A stretch of 64,000 nucleotides of DNA. It comes from Atractiella rhizophila (taxonomy: Eukaryota). The translations under genes and the position numbers were made by a program. Shown one piece after another: positions 11,141 through 22,000 of the stretch. Under the pieces are notes generated by a model, which made no database searches, was not told where the DNA came from, and worked only from the letters and a program-made list of their open reading frames with translations. Location: contig MU271219.1 in NCBI GenBank assembly GCA_021432655.1, positions 62,001-126,000 of the forward strand. Reading direction: 5' to 3'. How positions within the stretch are numbered: position 1 is the stretch's first letter; each line of letters opens with the position of its first letter.

Positions 11141-13773
11141 CTAACCCAATCCCCGCCCTCGTCGGATACAACCCAACATCTCCATGTCATGATTCGGCAA
11201 TATCAGCTCTCCATCTTTTGCACCATCCGGTCGCCAGAGCCCCGGACCCCTGTTCACATTCATTGGATATCGCGCCTCCCCAATTTTCCCTGCCCAATCA
11301 AAGTCCACTAGCATAAACTCTTTCTCATGTCGTGACACTAGGATGTTCGTCTCTCGAACATCACCGTGGACGTAATTTCGCTGATGAAGTTCCGTCAGCT
11401 TGCCTTCGATCATGTCTATCAGCGAAGATGTCGGTGTCGCGTCGTAAAGCTCGACGTATTCATCTGCCACCAACCTATCCATCACTACCATCATCCAGCC
11501 ACCAGGGAGCGCTTCGAAACCTCGAAGCTTTGGTGCACATCCTAGCGAAGCGCATGCCTCATGCACCTCTCTCGAATACTGCCGAACGAATTTCACAAAC
11601 AGCTCCCGCTGCTCCGATCCGATGCAGAAGAAGACCAGCTTTTCTTGGTGTGGCTGGAACACGTATTCGAAGTTCAAGGAATCACCCCCTTCGACAGGAG
11701 TAAAAGTTGTTGGATATGGGAACAGTTGCCGTTGGCGCTTCGGCCGTTTTATGTTGTCGAGTTCGAGCTTTTCATAATATTGCTTCAGGGCGTCAATCGC
11801 CGTCCTGAAAGCCCCGAGATGACGAGCCACCATTCTCCGTAATTTATCGTCCGTGCGGTGATGGTGCAGTGGGAGAGCAGGGGATAACGGTTGGATGACT
11901 GGACGCAAATTCCACACTGCACCAACAAACGCGATGTAAGGCCCTATGCGAACCCGCTCAGTTCAAACAAGATAACCAACAGAAAGAAGTAATGGGACCT
12001 ACCGAATAAAAGAATGAGCATACACGGCAGCGGAGAGCGATGGTAATCGCTCGCGTAGTCTCTGGTCCCCTCCAGGTAGTATAAACACCCTTGACCGTAC
12101 GGCTCAGCTCCTGTACTGCCGATTTCGTTTTTGAACTCGGCAATGGCGTAACGAAAACCGTTGACGGATATATCGCCATCCGTGTCATAATTTTTTATGC
12201 TGCTAGGGATGAGATGAATACCGGAACTTGCGAAAAGGTTGCGAATATCTTGCGCGCGTTCATTTTCTTTGGAATAGAAATTTGACATGGCGGAGCACAG
12301 TCGCAGCACGAAAACGCTGTCGTCCGCTGTCACTTTGTGAGTCTCACACTCGTCGAGAAACCTCCCAAAAACAGAGTGTAGGAGTGTGGGAGGAATCGTA
12401 GCTGTTGCAGTATCAGGGCGGTTGCAATAGATCGTCTTTTCTGCAGAAGACTGCCGTGTCATGAATTTGTCAAGCAACCCTGCGACAGAGGGGGGTTGAC
12501 TCTTATTTGCTCTGAGAAAAGCGAGTCTTTGCGCTCCGACATGATGTTGCTCAAGAGAATCACCGATAGAGAGGCGTGGTCGCACCAATGAATCGAAAAG
12601 GGGTCAGTTGCCTGAAGCACAGACTGAGAAGGACAGCTCACAAGAGGGAGGAGCATCCACAACGATGTGAACGTGTTTCGAAACTGGTGGCTCCAGGAAA
12701 ATGCCAGATAGCGGATCCATGGGGTTTAACAATCCATCTTGATCAAACGTGAGGTTCTTTGATCCTTCTTCGAGGTCGTCATCAAGGAGAGAGACTTTGT
12801 AGAGAACGAGCATGTCGGGGTCCACATCTTGAAATGCAACGGGGCTATCGTTTACAATAGCCTTCTTCAGGAGGAAGACGGTGTCGGTGCTGGAGATCTT
12901 GACACTCCTGGTTTTGCCGACGGGGCTACCCCGTATCCAGTAGTTCAGAAGGAGGTCCGATGCTGCCGAGCGGTCTAGAGAGTCAAGAGAGTCACGACAA
13001 TTAACAAGGTGATAGAAAGGCGAGAATGAATGGCATACAGATTTTTGGCGGCTCGACGACAACAATGTCTGCAATATCGTTTTCGATATCGTCCTCGGGA
13101 AAGAGCTTCGACAACTTCGTTCGTTGGTTTAATTTTTGCTTGTCGTCCAAAGACAGGTTCCTGAGGCGATTTTCGAGGTCGTCATCGTCATCAGGAAGAG
13201 TGACTTTATAGAGAACGAGCATGTCGGGCTCCACATCCTGAAGCGCAACGGGGCTATCGTTTCTAATAGCTTTCTTGAGGAGGGAGACGGTGTCGGTGCT
13301 GGAGATCTTGATGCTAATGATTTTGTCGACGGGGTTACCCCATATCCAGTAGTTCAGAAGGAGGTCCGATGCTGCCGAGCGGTCTAGAGAGTCACGACCA
13401 TTAACAAGGTGATAGAAAGGGTGAGAATGAATGGCATACAGATTTTTGGCGGCTCGGCGACAACAATGTCTGCAATATCGTTTTCGATATCGTCCTCGGG
13501 AAAGAGCTTCGACAATTTCGTTCGTGAGTTTAATTTTTGCTTGTCGTCCAAAGACAGGTTCCTGAGGTGATTTTCGAGGTCGTCATCAGGAAGAGTGACT
13601 TTATAGAGAACGAGCGTTTCGGGGTCCACATCTTGAAATGCAACGGGGTTATCGTTTCTTATAGCTTTCTTGAGGAGGGAGACGGTGTCGGTGCTGGAGA
13701 TCTTGATACTACTGATTTGGTCGGCGGGGCTGCCTCGAATCCAGCAGTTGAGGATGAGTGTTTGCGAGACCAT
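11141..13773 (-). CDS. Crinkler (CRN)-type protein: 3 tandem CRN N-terminal domains + PD-(D/E)xK-like nuclease + kinase-like domain; 5 exons, one acceptor non-canonical (possible pseudogene)
   Basis: Three copies of L.LN.WI.G....IKISSTDTV.LLKKAI...F.DVD...LVLYKV, the last ending HVHIVVDAP. Then TDGD...IAEFKNE, then FVKF, APKL, VHGDVRETNIL, LVDFDWAG. Introns 13439-13384, 13038-12975, 12641-12585, 12002-11944. Confidence 0.8.
12640..13760 (-). repeat. Three ~400-bp tandem exon+intron units encoding the CRN domains
   Basis: Near-identical blocks such as GACGGTGTCGGTGCTGGAGATCTTGA recur near 12880, 13290 and 13680. The intron sequences are duplicated too. Confidence 0.9.
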
Positions 13774-14581
13774 ATAAGCGATTGGGGTTAAGGATGCAAA
13801 GGGACAAAGTGACTCATTATGTCGTGAGGCATCGCATCTAGCAAGGTCTGAGGGCGGCTCACTCATGTCTCGGGTTATATTTTCGACCTCCTAACCATCC
13901 TCTCTGCTTAAGCTCCTCTTGTTGAGAGGCTCTGAGTGAGCATACTTTCAGCGTTTCTTTCCCTAACATTTGTCCAAAGGTGCTCCTTCGGAACTCGCTC
14001 CAAGGCATTCCTTCAAAGCGCATCTCGAAACGCTCTGCGGGACGGGATCAAGAACATTCTTGGATATCTAGTTTACAACGCTCCTCAGAACAAGATTCAG
14101 CTTTGGAGTAGCCTTCGACAAGTATTTCACGATTACTCTGACGATCGCGTACGAACGTTTATGAAATGAAGGACTTGACTTGGTCTCATCTTGGATCTCA
14201 TGATATTTCCGAGGGACGCAACGAGGCCACTTGTCTACATCAAATCCTTGTACGACAGTGGCTGGAGCGAGGCGCGATATTCAAACTGAGCTCGCATGCT
14301 GAAATGCTCAAGCAGTGCACCATCCCGCTTGTCGAAACAACTAAAGCTCCATTGGTTGCCATGACGGCTATTCTAGTAAATTTCTTTCTGTCCCATTTTT
14401 TATACGACTTCAACAACGTTGCCGCCGTGCTCAAGGCATGGTGGTGGTGGTTAAGATTCTTTTCGCCCTCTTCCTCTTTGTCCTTCTTACGCTGCTATGA
14501 TTCGTTCGGGCTTAGTGTCGTTTCCTGAGCTGCGATCACTGAATTCATGGCGTCCATGAGGCTATCGTAGTTATCTAACTC

Positions 14582-15422
14582 TAGTCCAGGCGCCGCATAC
14601 GATACAGACCCAAGGATTGACTACGAGCCTCAGGGTGCTTGGGTCCCTACAACAGACCAAAAGAGCTTTAACAACACCCTCACGTCCACGTTGGTGTTCT
14701 TACCTGCCCACGCTTATCATGTACTGAGAGAATAATCGCAACAGCTTCCTCGCCGGGGCAACAGCAACACTCAAATTCATCGGTCTGTCCTCCCCCTACA
14801 TGCGTAGGAGATGCTGAACGATAGACAACAAGCTCTGCAGTCGTCTATTATGGCTCAACTAATATGTCACGTTCCCTCTCCAATGTTTTCCTTGATGGTG
14901 ATCCAACCATTCTTAACACATTTTCCAACGATTATGTCGGACAAGTGAAGCTTTTCGAGGCATCCAACCTAGATCCCATGAAGGAGCACACGATCACAAT
15001 TGTTAACACTGGGGGTAATTCTTGTATCCTAACTCTGTATTATTTCGTGTTCGTCTTTCCTCCTGTTATGACTGTGTTGACGCCGAGTCCAGAATCTGCG
15101 AAACATTTTGTCCAGAGCTTCTCGGCTCCGTTCCCAAGGGTCTAACTCTCGGCGCAATTGCAGGGATCGTTCTTGGCGTCCTAGCCTTCGTCTCCATTCT
15201 CTTCCTTTTCCTTCTCTTCCTCTATCTGCGGCGTCGTCGACGATCCTTCCCCTCCTCTTCCTTTTGCGAACATCCAGTGCAACTGTCAGCTATAGGAGTG
15301 CTCCTGTGAGCGAATACCAACAGCAAAGTGCTGGAGCAGGCGGACCTAGGCCTTCGGTGGACTCTTATCCATATCCTTCACATCACCAAGTTGCAGGAAG
15401 ACCTCCATTACCTGAGCTGTAG
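14582..15422 (+). CDS. Putative single-pass membrane protein with beta-sandwich ectodomain (multi-exon; start and end uncertain, may be degenerate)
   Basis: Pieces YDTDPRIDYEPQGAW, ATATLKF, VFLDG, LFEASNLD...HTITIVN, then TM helix GAIAGIVLGVLAFVSILFLFLLFLYL followed by RRRRR. Confidence 0.5.
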
Positions 15423-16949
15423 ATGCCAATGTATTGTGCTCGTTTGTTTTAAGGACAATTCATGCACTTCCACTCACCTCGACAAGTAAGCGCAAACGCG
15501 ACGCAATACAAGTTGCATCACAGAATGAAACTGATCATATCCTACGATGTCTTAATTCCTGCATTTAGTCCAGCTCTTGTTCTGCCCTCATCTCTTCTCG
15601 CACTCAAAATATAGGCAAAACATTAACTATTCAGTTGAATATACTGTGATACATAATCTTTTGCCTGGTTTACACTAGCATGACATCGGAGGCCCAGAAT
15701 GCCTCATGATAAGTCTATGATCCCATATATTCTGGTGAGGAATTACACTTGTTCACTAGAGCTATAGATTGTGTTGAGAGTTACCTGGCCGGAACAGGGC
15801 TCTTTTTGAGATCCTTGTACCAACCGTGAAAATCATCGACGTCGTCCAAGCACCATTGTCTGCGATTGACAGTAATTGGCCAATGAACAAACCATAATTC
15901 AACCATTCGCAGGAGAAAATGTATTGTACATCAGCCAGTGATGGGCCAAGTAAGCACGTCTTGGCAACGATCTTATGGCTCGACGATGCTTGAACAAAGA
16001 TTTTGCTACCTGACCACTGTTGAAAGAGTATATAAAAATTGTGAAGCAACAGCATGAAATCTTCAAGGTCCCCACAATTTCTTAAATATTCAACTCCCAG
16101 AGGGCACCAGCACATTCAGATTTGATTCAAATCGCTTGAATTTTCTTATACCACCTTTACTACAGCCTGTCTCCTCCCTGTCTCTCCTCCTGTTCCTCGC
16201 GTCCTCCTTCTGCCTCCCTTCGCATCCCCTTCGCGATTTCCATTCGCTGCTTTGCTCCAGCCTCCAGTTGTCCGCACACCGTCCCATCGTTACCAACTGT
16301 CGGGGAGATGTCAGGAGCCGAGCGGAGGGGATGCGAGTGGTCGTTCGAGTTGTCCTTCGAGTTAGGTCGACGATGGCGAGGAATTAATGACAATAGATGG
16401 CTAATCAAGTGTTAGCAATGCAAGGTAGGCGAGGAAGCGATGGCCTACCTGTTCCTCTGCTGTGAGGATCAGTATTATGTTGGAGGGACCTGTGGGCAAG
16501 GGAAATGGAGCGTCTTTCCGGTGTTCCTAATGCCCTTGATTAAAAAGGCTGATGAGTGGGGTGGGAGGCTCACGTTCCATATTAACGGTGTGGAACACGA
16601 TCCATTTCTACAAAGAGGCATGAGAGCTAGGTGAAACCAACAATGCTTACACATGAAGTCAGCATAAGCTTTTTCTCCGAAGTCCTATTCCATGGCCAAA
16701 TTCAGCTCAGTCTGAGATGTTATACGGATGCAAGTACCAACAGACGTTCAGTGAAGCATATATATGTTGAGTGATCAAGATCCCGGTGGTCACAGGTAGA
16801 GATTAACTGAGATTCATTGATAGGAACGAATTCTGCAACCAACATGAACCATCGTGAGTGCCTGCTCTGAGGGCTTGAAATTGTAGAAAGAACTTGAACC
16901 GCTGAAGGGAACAATACACTTCATATATATAATTAAGAAGAAATCCCCC

Positions 16950-17515
16950 GTTTATCCGGACAAGACGTTGGGTTAGAAATTGCATGCTGAGCAGCCGAAT
17001 ATCTACAAAGATCCAAACCACAAGGTATGCGTTTCTCCTCCCACTTGCTCTTTGTCCTGATGCTGATGATGGAACAGCCAGAAATGGCCATCGCTCTCAC
17101 CGCTTTCTCCGCCTTCTGCGGCTTCCGACCACTCTCCCAAATCTCCTTCCTCCAGACCGTTCGCGAGTTCTCCTCCCTCGCCAAACACTCCAAAAACAAC
17201 TTCATCTCCGTTGCCTCCAACCCCTCATCCAGCGCTGCCGAACAAAAGGAGCCCCTTTGGGGAGATCATGTCCGCTCCCGCTCAAGAATTCATGCCAGCC
17301 ATCAGGTAGTTGGTTGAGAGGTTGGAGAGCGAGGGCGTGGGTGTGAAGGAGGGAGAGGAGCCGAAGACGGAGGAGGAGTTGATACTTAGGTTGAATGAAC
17401 AGTTTCCGGACGACATTGGAGTCTTTTGTACTTTCTTGCTCAATTGGGTCCATCTGAAACCTGGAGAAACAATCTTCCTCAAAGCCAATGAGCCTCATGC
17501 TTATTTATCTGGAGG
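16950..17515 (+). pseudogene. Mannose-6-phosphate isomerase (PMI40/manA type I) internal fragment
   Basis: PDKTLG*KLHAEQPNIYKDPNHK|PEMAIALTAFSAFCGFRPL and LNEQFPDDIGVF..LKPGETIFLKANEPHAYLSG. In-frame TAG near 16974, a frame change, and no N- or C-terminal parts found. Confidence 0.85.
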
Positions 17516-17820
17516 TGCCACCTTCTTAAGTCCATGAATGGTGACTGACGGGATGACGTTTGGAAGCGCAGGAAAGGCAGGTCCCGGTTTGAGAAGAGCA
17601 TGAGAGACATCCCGGAGCGCAAGCTGGATCATCCCACGCATTAGCAAAAAATAGTCCTTTCTCTACATAGGGCAGTATGAGAACAAACCTCGACATGATC
17701 CCTCCGTCGTCAGAAACTACCTCTGCTCACACACACTGCATTTAGGGCCAGGGCCGCAAGCGTCTGCCAGCCAGCATTGCAATTGCATACCCCGTTTGCA
17801 ATTGCATACCCCGTTTGAAG

Positions 17821-18790
17821 CACTACTACTATTCCTACTACTATTCCTTCGTGACGGAACTGTTCCGTCAGTCAAATTTGGCTGGGGAACAGAGTTAGGG
17901 TCAGGGCCATGGTGAGTCCCGTCAGCCCAGTTGCGAGGCTCTGACTGACGGAACTAACCTGACGGGACGGAACGCACCGTTGAGTCCCGTCAGCTCGGAC
18001 GTGACGGCCAAATTGTCTCGCGAGGTGGGATCAGCCCCGAAGCGAACCCGCTCAAACATGCGAGGTTCATAGCGAGGGGCCCAGTTCGCTACCAGTCACG
18101 AAGTAGGCACTTCGGGTCGCTGGCTGGCTGCAACGTGCGAAGTGCCTTCCAGTCGCGAAAGGTCAAGTTTGGTTCAGCGATGGGTTGCAACATGCGAAGT
18201 GCCCCTGTAGTTGTGAGGGAGCAGATGTGCGAGAGAGCAAACTCACGGGACAACAAACTCGCGAGAGAGCAAACTCGCGAGACGGCCAACTAGCGAGAAT
18301 GCGAGCTTGCAAGAATGCAAACTCGCCAGACTGCAAACTCGCGACACTGCAAACGCGAGAGAGCACACTCGTGGGACAGTAAACCCTACAGTCGCGAAAT
18401 GGCCACTTTGGGCGGCCCGCTGGCTGCAACCTGCGAAGTGCAGCTCCAGTAGCGAATTAGCAATTTCAGATCAGCAACAGGCCGCAACCTGCGAAGTTCA
18501 ACTGCAGCCACGAAATTTACATTTTGGATCTTCAATGGGCCACAACTGCGAAGTGCCCTCCAGGTGGGTTATAACCACTTCGGGTCAGCGACTGGCTGTG
18601 ACCTACCCCCGGTCGCGAAGTAGCTATTATGGGTCTGCAACGTGCAAAATTCACCTGTTTTGCAAGACAATCACTTTTGTGCAGGAACTAGCTAAAACAT
18701 GTCAAGTTCGCCACCCCTCCAAAATTTCGCTTCGTGTGAGCTGATGAGGACCACTTCGGGTCTGCACTAAGTGGCCCCTTAGGGGGCTAG
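17821..18790. repeat. Structured left-end region: palindrome and arrays of short motifs
   Basis: TGACGGAAC-T-GTTCCGTCA at 17852-17870. Further TGACGG/CCGTCA boxes to ~18006. Repeated GCAAC(C/G/A)TGCGAAGT, AAACTCGCGAGA and CACTTCGGGTC motifs. Confidence 0.8.
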
Positions 18791-19063
18791 GTCCTCAAAT
18801 ACACACCAGAACCCAGCGAGGCCAACATGAGGCCCATGCGTGACTTTGGCCTCCCAGATGCGAACCTTACCCTAAAACATGAACCTATGAAGGCCTTGGA
18901 TCAAAGTAGAGCCTTTTGGAGCCCCGCTTTGTGGGGACATCCTGGTGCACCGGCGCATGCGGCGCCCAAATGTAAAGCCGACCATGCGCTGAAGCTAATC
19001 AGGGAAATAATCCATCAACCACCATCTACTCAGGCATCATCCCCCTCCAGCTCTCAGCAGAAC

Positions 19064-22000
19064 ATGTCCTCCAGCAGTTCAGGTAAGTAAGCATCCCAGA
19101 GCAGGTCATCCCCCTCACGAGACCACAGAACTGTCCCCGAGCGATCTGGGCGCTTTCGTCCTCCCGCCGGGCTACCTCTACTGCCGCAACCACCAGGTCT
19201 ACGTCCACCCCGAGGCGAAAGAGAAACACTTCACCCAGAAAAGCCACAAACTGGCGGGTCACACGAAGAAGCACATCGCCCGAGCCATCCGCCGTCTCCC
19301 GGAGCCCATCGAACCCCCCGAGAGGTATCTGACAGGTAGGGGCGAGAGACCCTCCGCTTCGGGTCCACTGACCGTGACCCAGGCACCCTCCAACCGGCAC
19401 CACCCGAGCCGCTCCCGTCGCTACCCGTCCAACACGGCTACCACTGCCACCACGGCGATTGCCTCCAACTCTTCCTCTCCCACTCCGCCGTCCGAGACCA
19501 CCGCCAGGCGCACCACCGAGACGTGGACGAGCCGAGGTCGACGTCCGCCCACCGCTGCCACGTCCAACTCGTCTACCACCATCACCTCGGCTCCAAAGGA
19601 AACCAAAAGATCATCGCTCACGTCCAGCCGCCCGAAACGAGCCAGCAGCAAGCACGGACGGAACCCCCCGTGCCCACCCTCGCCCAGGTCTCCTACAGCG
19701 AGGCTCGACCCGAACACCTGGCCGAAGGGCAGCAGTCCCGAAGGTCGCTCTTCAACATCCTCCTCCACTGGGACTCGCACCTCTCTGACCAAGGAATCCT
19801 GCACGAGAGGAGCCTCATCCAAAAAAGCGTGCGAAGCCCCGTGGGAGACAAGGACCGGCCGGAGCTCGCGAGGCTCTTCCAACACCTCAAGGACAACGTG
19901 GAGGGCTGGCACCAGAACATCTGGAAGCACGGCTCGGGCAGGATAGGGGAGAGGCTGATGGAGCACCGCGCCGGCGTCGACAGGCTGAAGAACTTTGGGA
20001 GGAAGCTGGAGCCGGGCACCTACGCGAAGTACGCCGCCACCTTCGGGAGGTTCATCTCCTTCATCCTCCACTGCACGAGGAAGCGGGCCGGCCAAAGGCA
20101 CAAGTACGGGTACCCCGAGATGGAGGAGGACATCGAGGCGAAGGCGGACGCCCTATACCGGCACATCGAAGGACTGGGCGAAGGGTCACCCCCCGAAGAC
20201 GAGCCGCTGCTCGACCTCTGCCAAGCCATCTTCAAGCCTCGGGCGACGAAGGACCCCCGAACGGACCTCGCCGTCGAATTCCTGATGAGGACGAGCATGA
20301 GCCCGCAAGGCACCTGGGGAGGAGACGACCGGGTGACCCAACCGGTCTCGCACCTCCAATTCTGGATCCGGCTCGTCGCCTTCAGGATATACGAGCGCGA
20401 GTCCGCCAAGCTCCCGAGGGACGGCTCCGCCGTGGAGGCGATGGAGCTGCTCGCGGGCGAAGCCCAGAAACTGACCACGGCGCACGACCACAACACGATG
20501 GGCAGGATCGCCCGGGTCAAGACGCTCGCCATCCTCATGGCCCGAGACGACTCGCTGGCCACCTCGACTTTCGCTGGCTGGACGAAGAGAAGAAGAGGTG
20601 CCAATACCAGGGGATCGAGTTCGACCTGGACCACATGCGCTCGGTGTTCAGGGAGCCGCTGAGGCGGACGCGAAACGAACTCCGGCAGGGCCTCCTCCAG
20701 GACCTGCCCCTCGACTACGGCCTCCTGCGGAGCCCTAACCTGCGAGACGAACTGGGGAAGCGAGACCTCGGCTACAACTTCCTCCAAGACCCGAAGAACG
20801 GACTGAGCGAGCACTTCCTCGACTTCTTCACCAAGATGACGCCCGAAGTCAAGAAGAAGATGCACGACGCCTCGAGCGGGCGGTGGAAGACGGCCGAGAC
20901 CGAGAAGTTCGTGTCCAGAGCCGAGAAGATGCTCACGAAGATCATCACCCTCTGCTGCCTATGCTGGGGAGGGCCCGCCCAAGGGACAGAGATAGGGCCC
21001 CTGCTGCTCACCAACGCGCCCGAGGGCGAAGGACTGAGGAACATCTTCTGGGCGAAGGACTGAGGAACATCTTCTGGGCGAAGGACACCATCGCCTTCGT
21101 GATGCGGTACAACAAGTCGCAGGCCCAGACGGGCAGGATCCACAGGGTGGCGAGGCTCGTGGACCCCGAAGTAGCTGGCCTCCTGCTGGAATACCTGGTA
21201 TGGGTCAGGCCGGCCGAGATGTGAGAGGAGCCGCCACAAAAGAGGGGACTGACGTCGGGAGCAGCTTCTTCGCGAGCCTGAGGCCGAACGGGGAGCGCCA
21301 CGCGAGCGCAAAGAGGCAGCACCTTTTCGGGGGGATGGACCAGATCAGGATCACGACGGCCGTGAACCGGGAGCTGAAGAAGACGTCGGACCTCGCCGGT
21401 CCCGGATACGTCCCCCCCACTTTCCAACAACTGAGGCAAATCCTGATCGGGTGGGAAGAAGCCCACCTCAGACACCTCATGCCCACTCCGGTCCAGGAAA
21501 CATCGACGATGGAGTCGCAGGCGGGTCACCCGGGGGCTGTGGCACACTCAGAGTACGCAAGGTCGGCAGCAAAGTGAGCGTCACCCCCCTCCCAGAAGAA
21601 CGCGCTGACCGCAGGCAAGGCACACCTTCCTACGCGTGGACATCTTTGACTCATTCCACGCCTCCAGCAAGCTGCACTGGCAGCTCATGTGCGACGTGAG
21701 CCTCTCCTCACATGTGAATCCCCTGACAAGCATCCTAGACCCTGCCAAAGGCTCAGCGAGGGAGGGGGCACGCCTCCAACCCGAGGACCCCTTGTGAGGG
21801 CCATCGGGCGAAGAACTGGCCCGGCGCATCACGGAAGACATCCTCATGGCCCTCTCGCCAAAGCTCGACACAATCCTCCTAGTCCTCGGACAGCGACAAC
21901 CCCCCCACCGTCATCCACACTGCGGCCCAGCACCCCTGAATAGACCCAGACTGGGCCAGAGACTTCCCAAGAAGGGCCAAGCGGCACTCCGTCCGGGTCA

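Noticed and set aside
17895..17906. TTAGGG as evidence of a telomere
   Set aside because: A single unit plus one variant, with no tandem telomeric tract in the window.
18090..18760. Repeat array as a CRISPR-like locus
   Set aside because: Repeats are short, degenerate and irregularly spaced, in a eukaryotic context with no cas genes.
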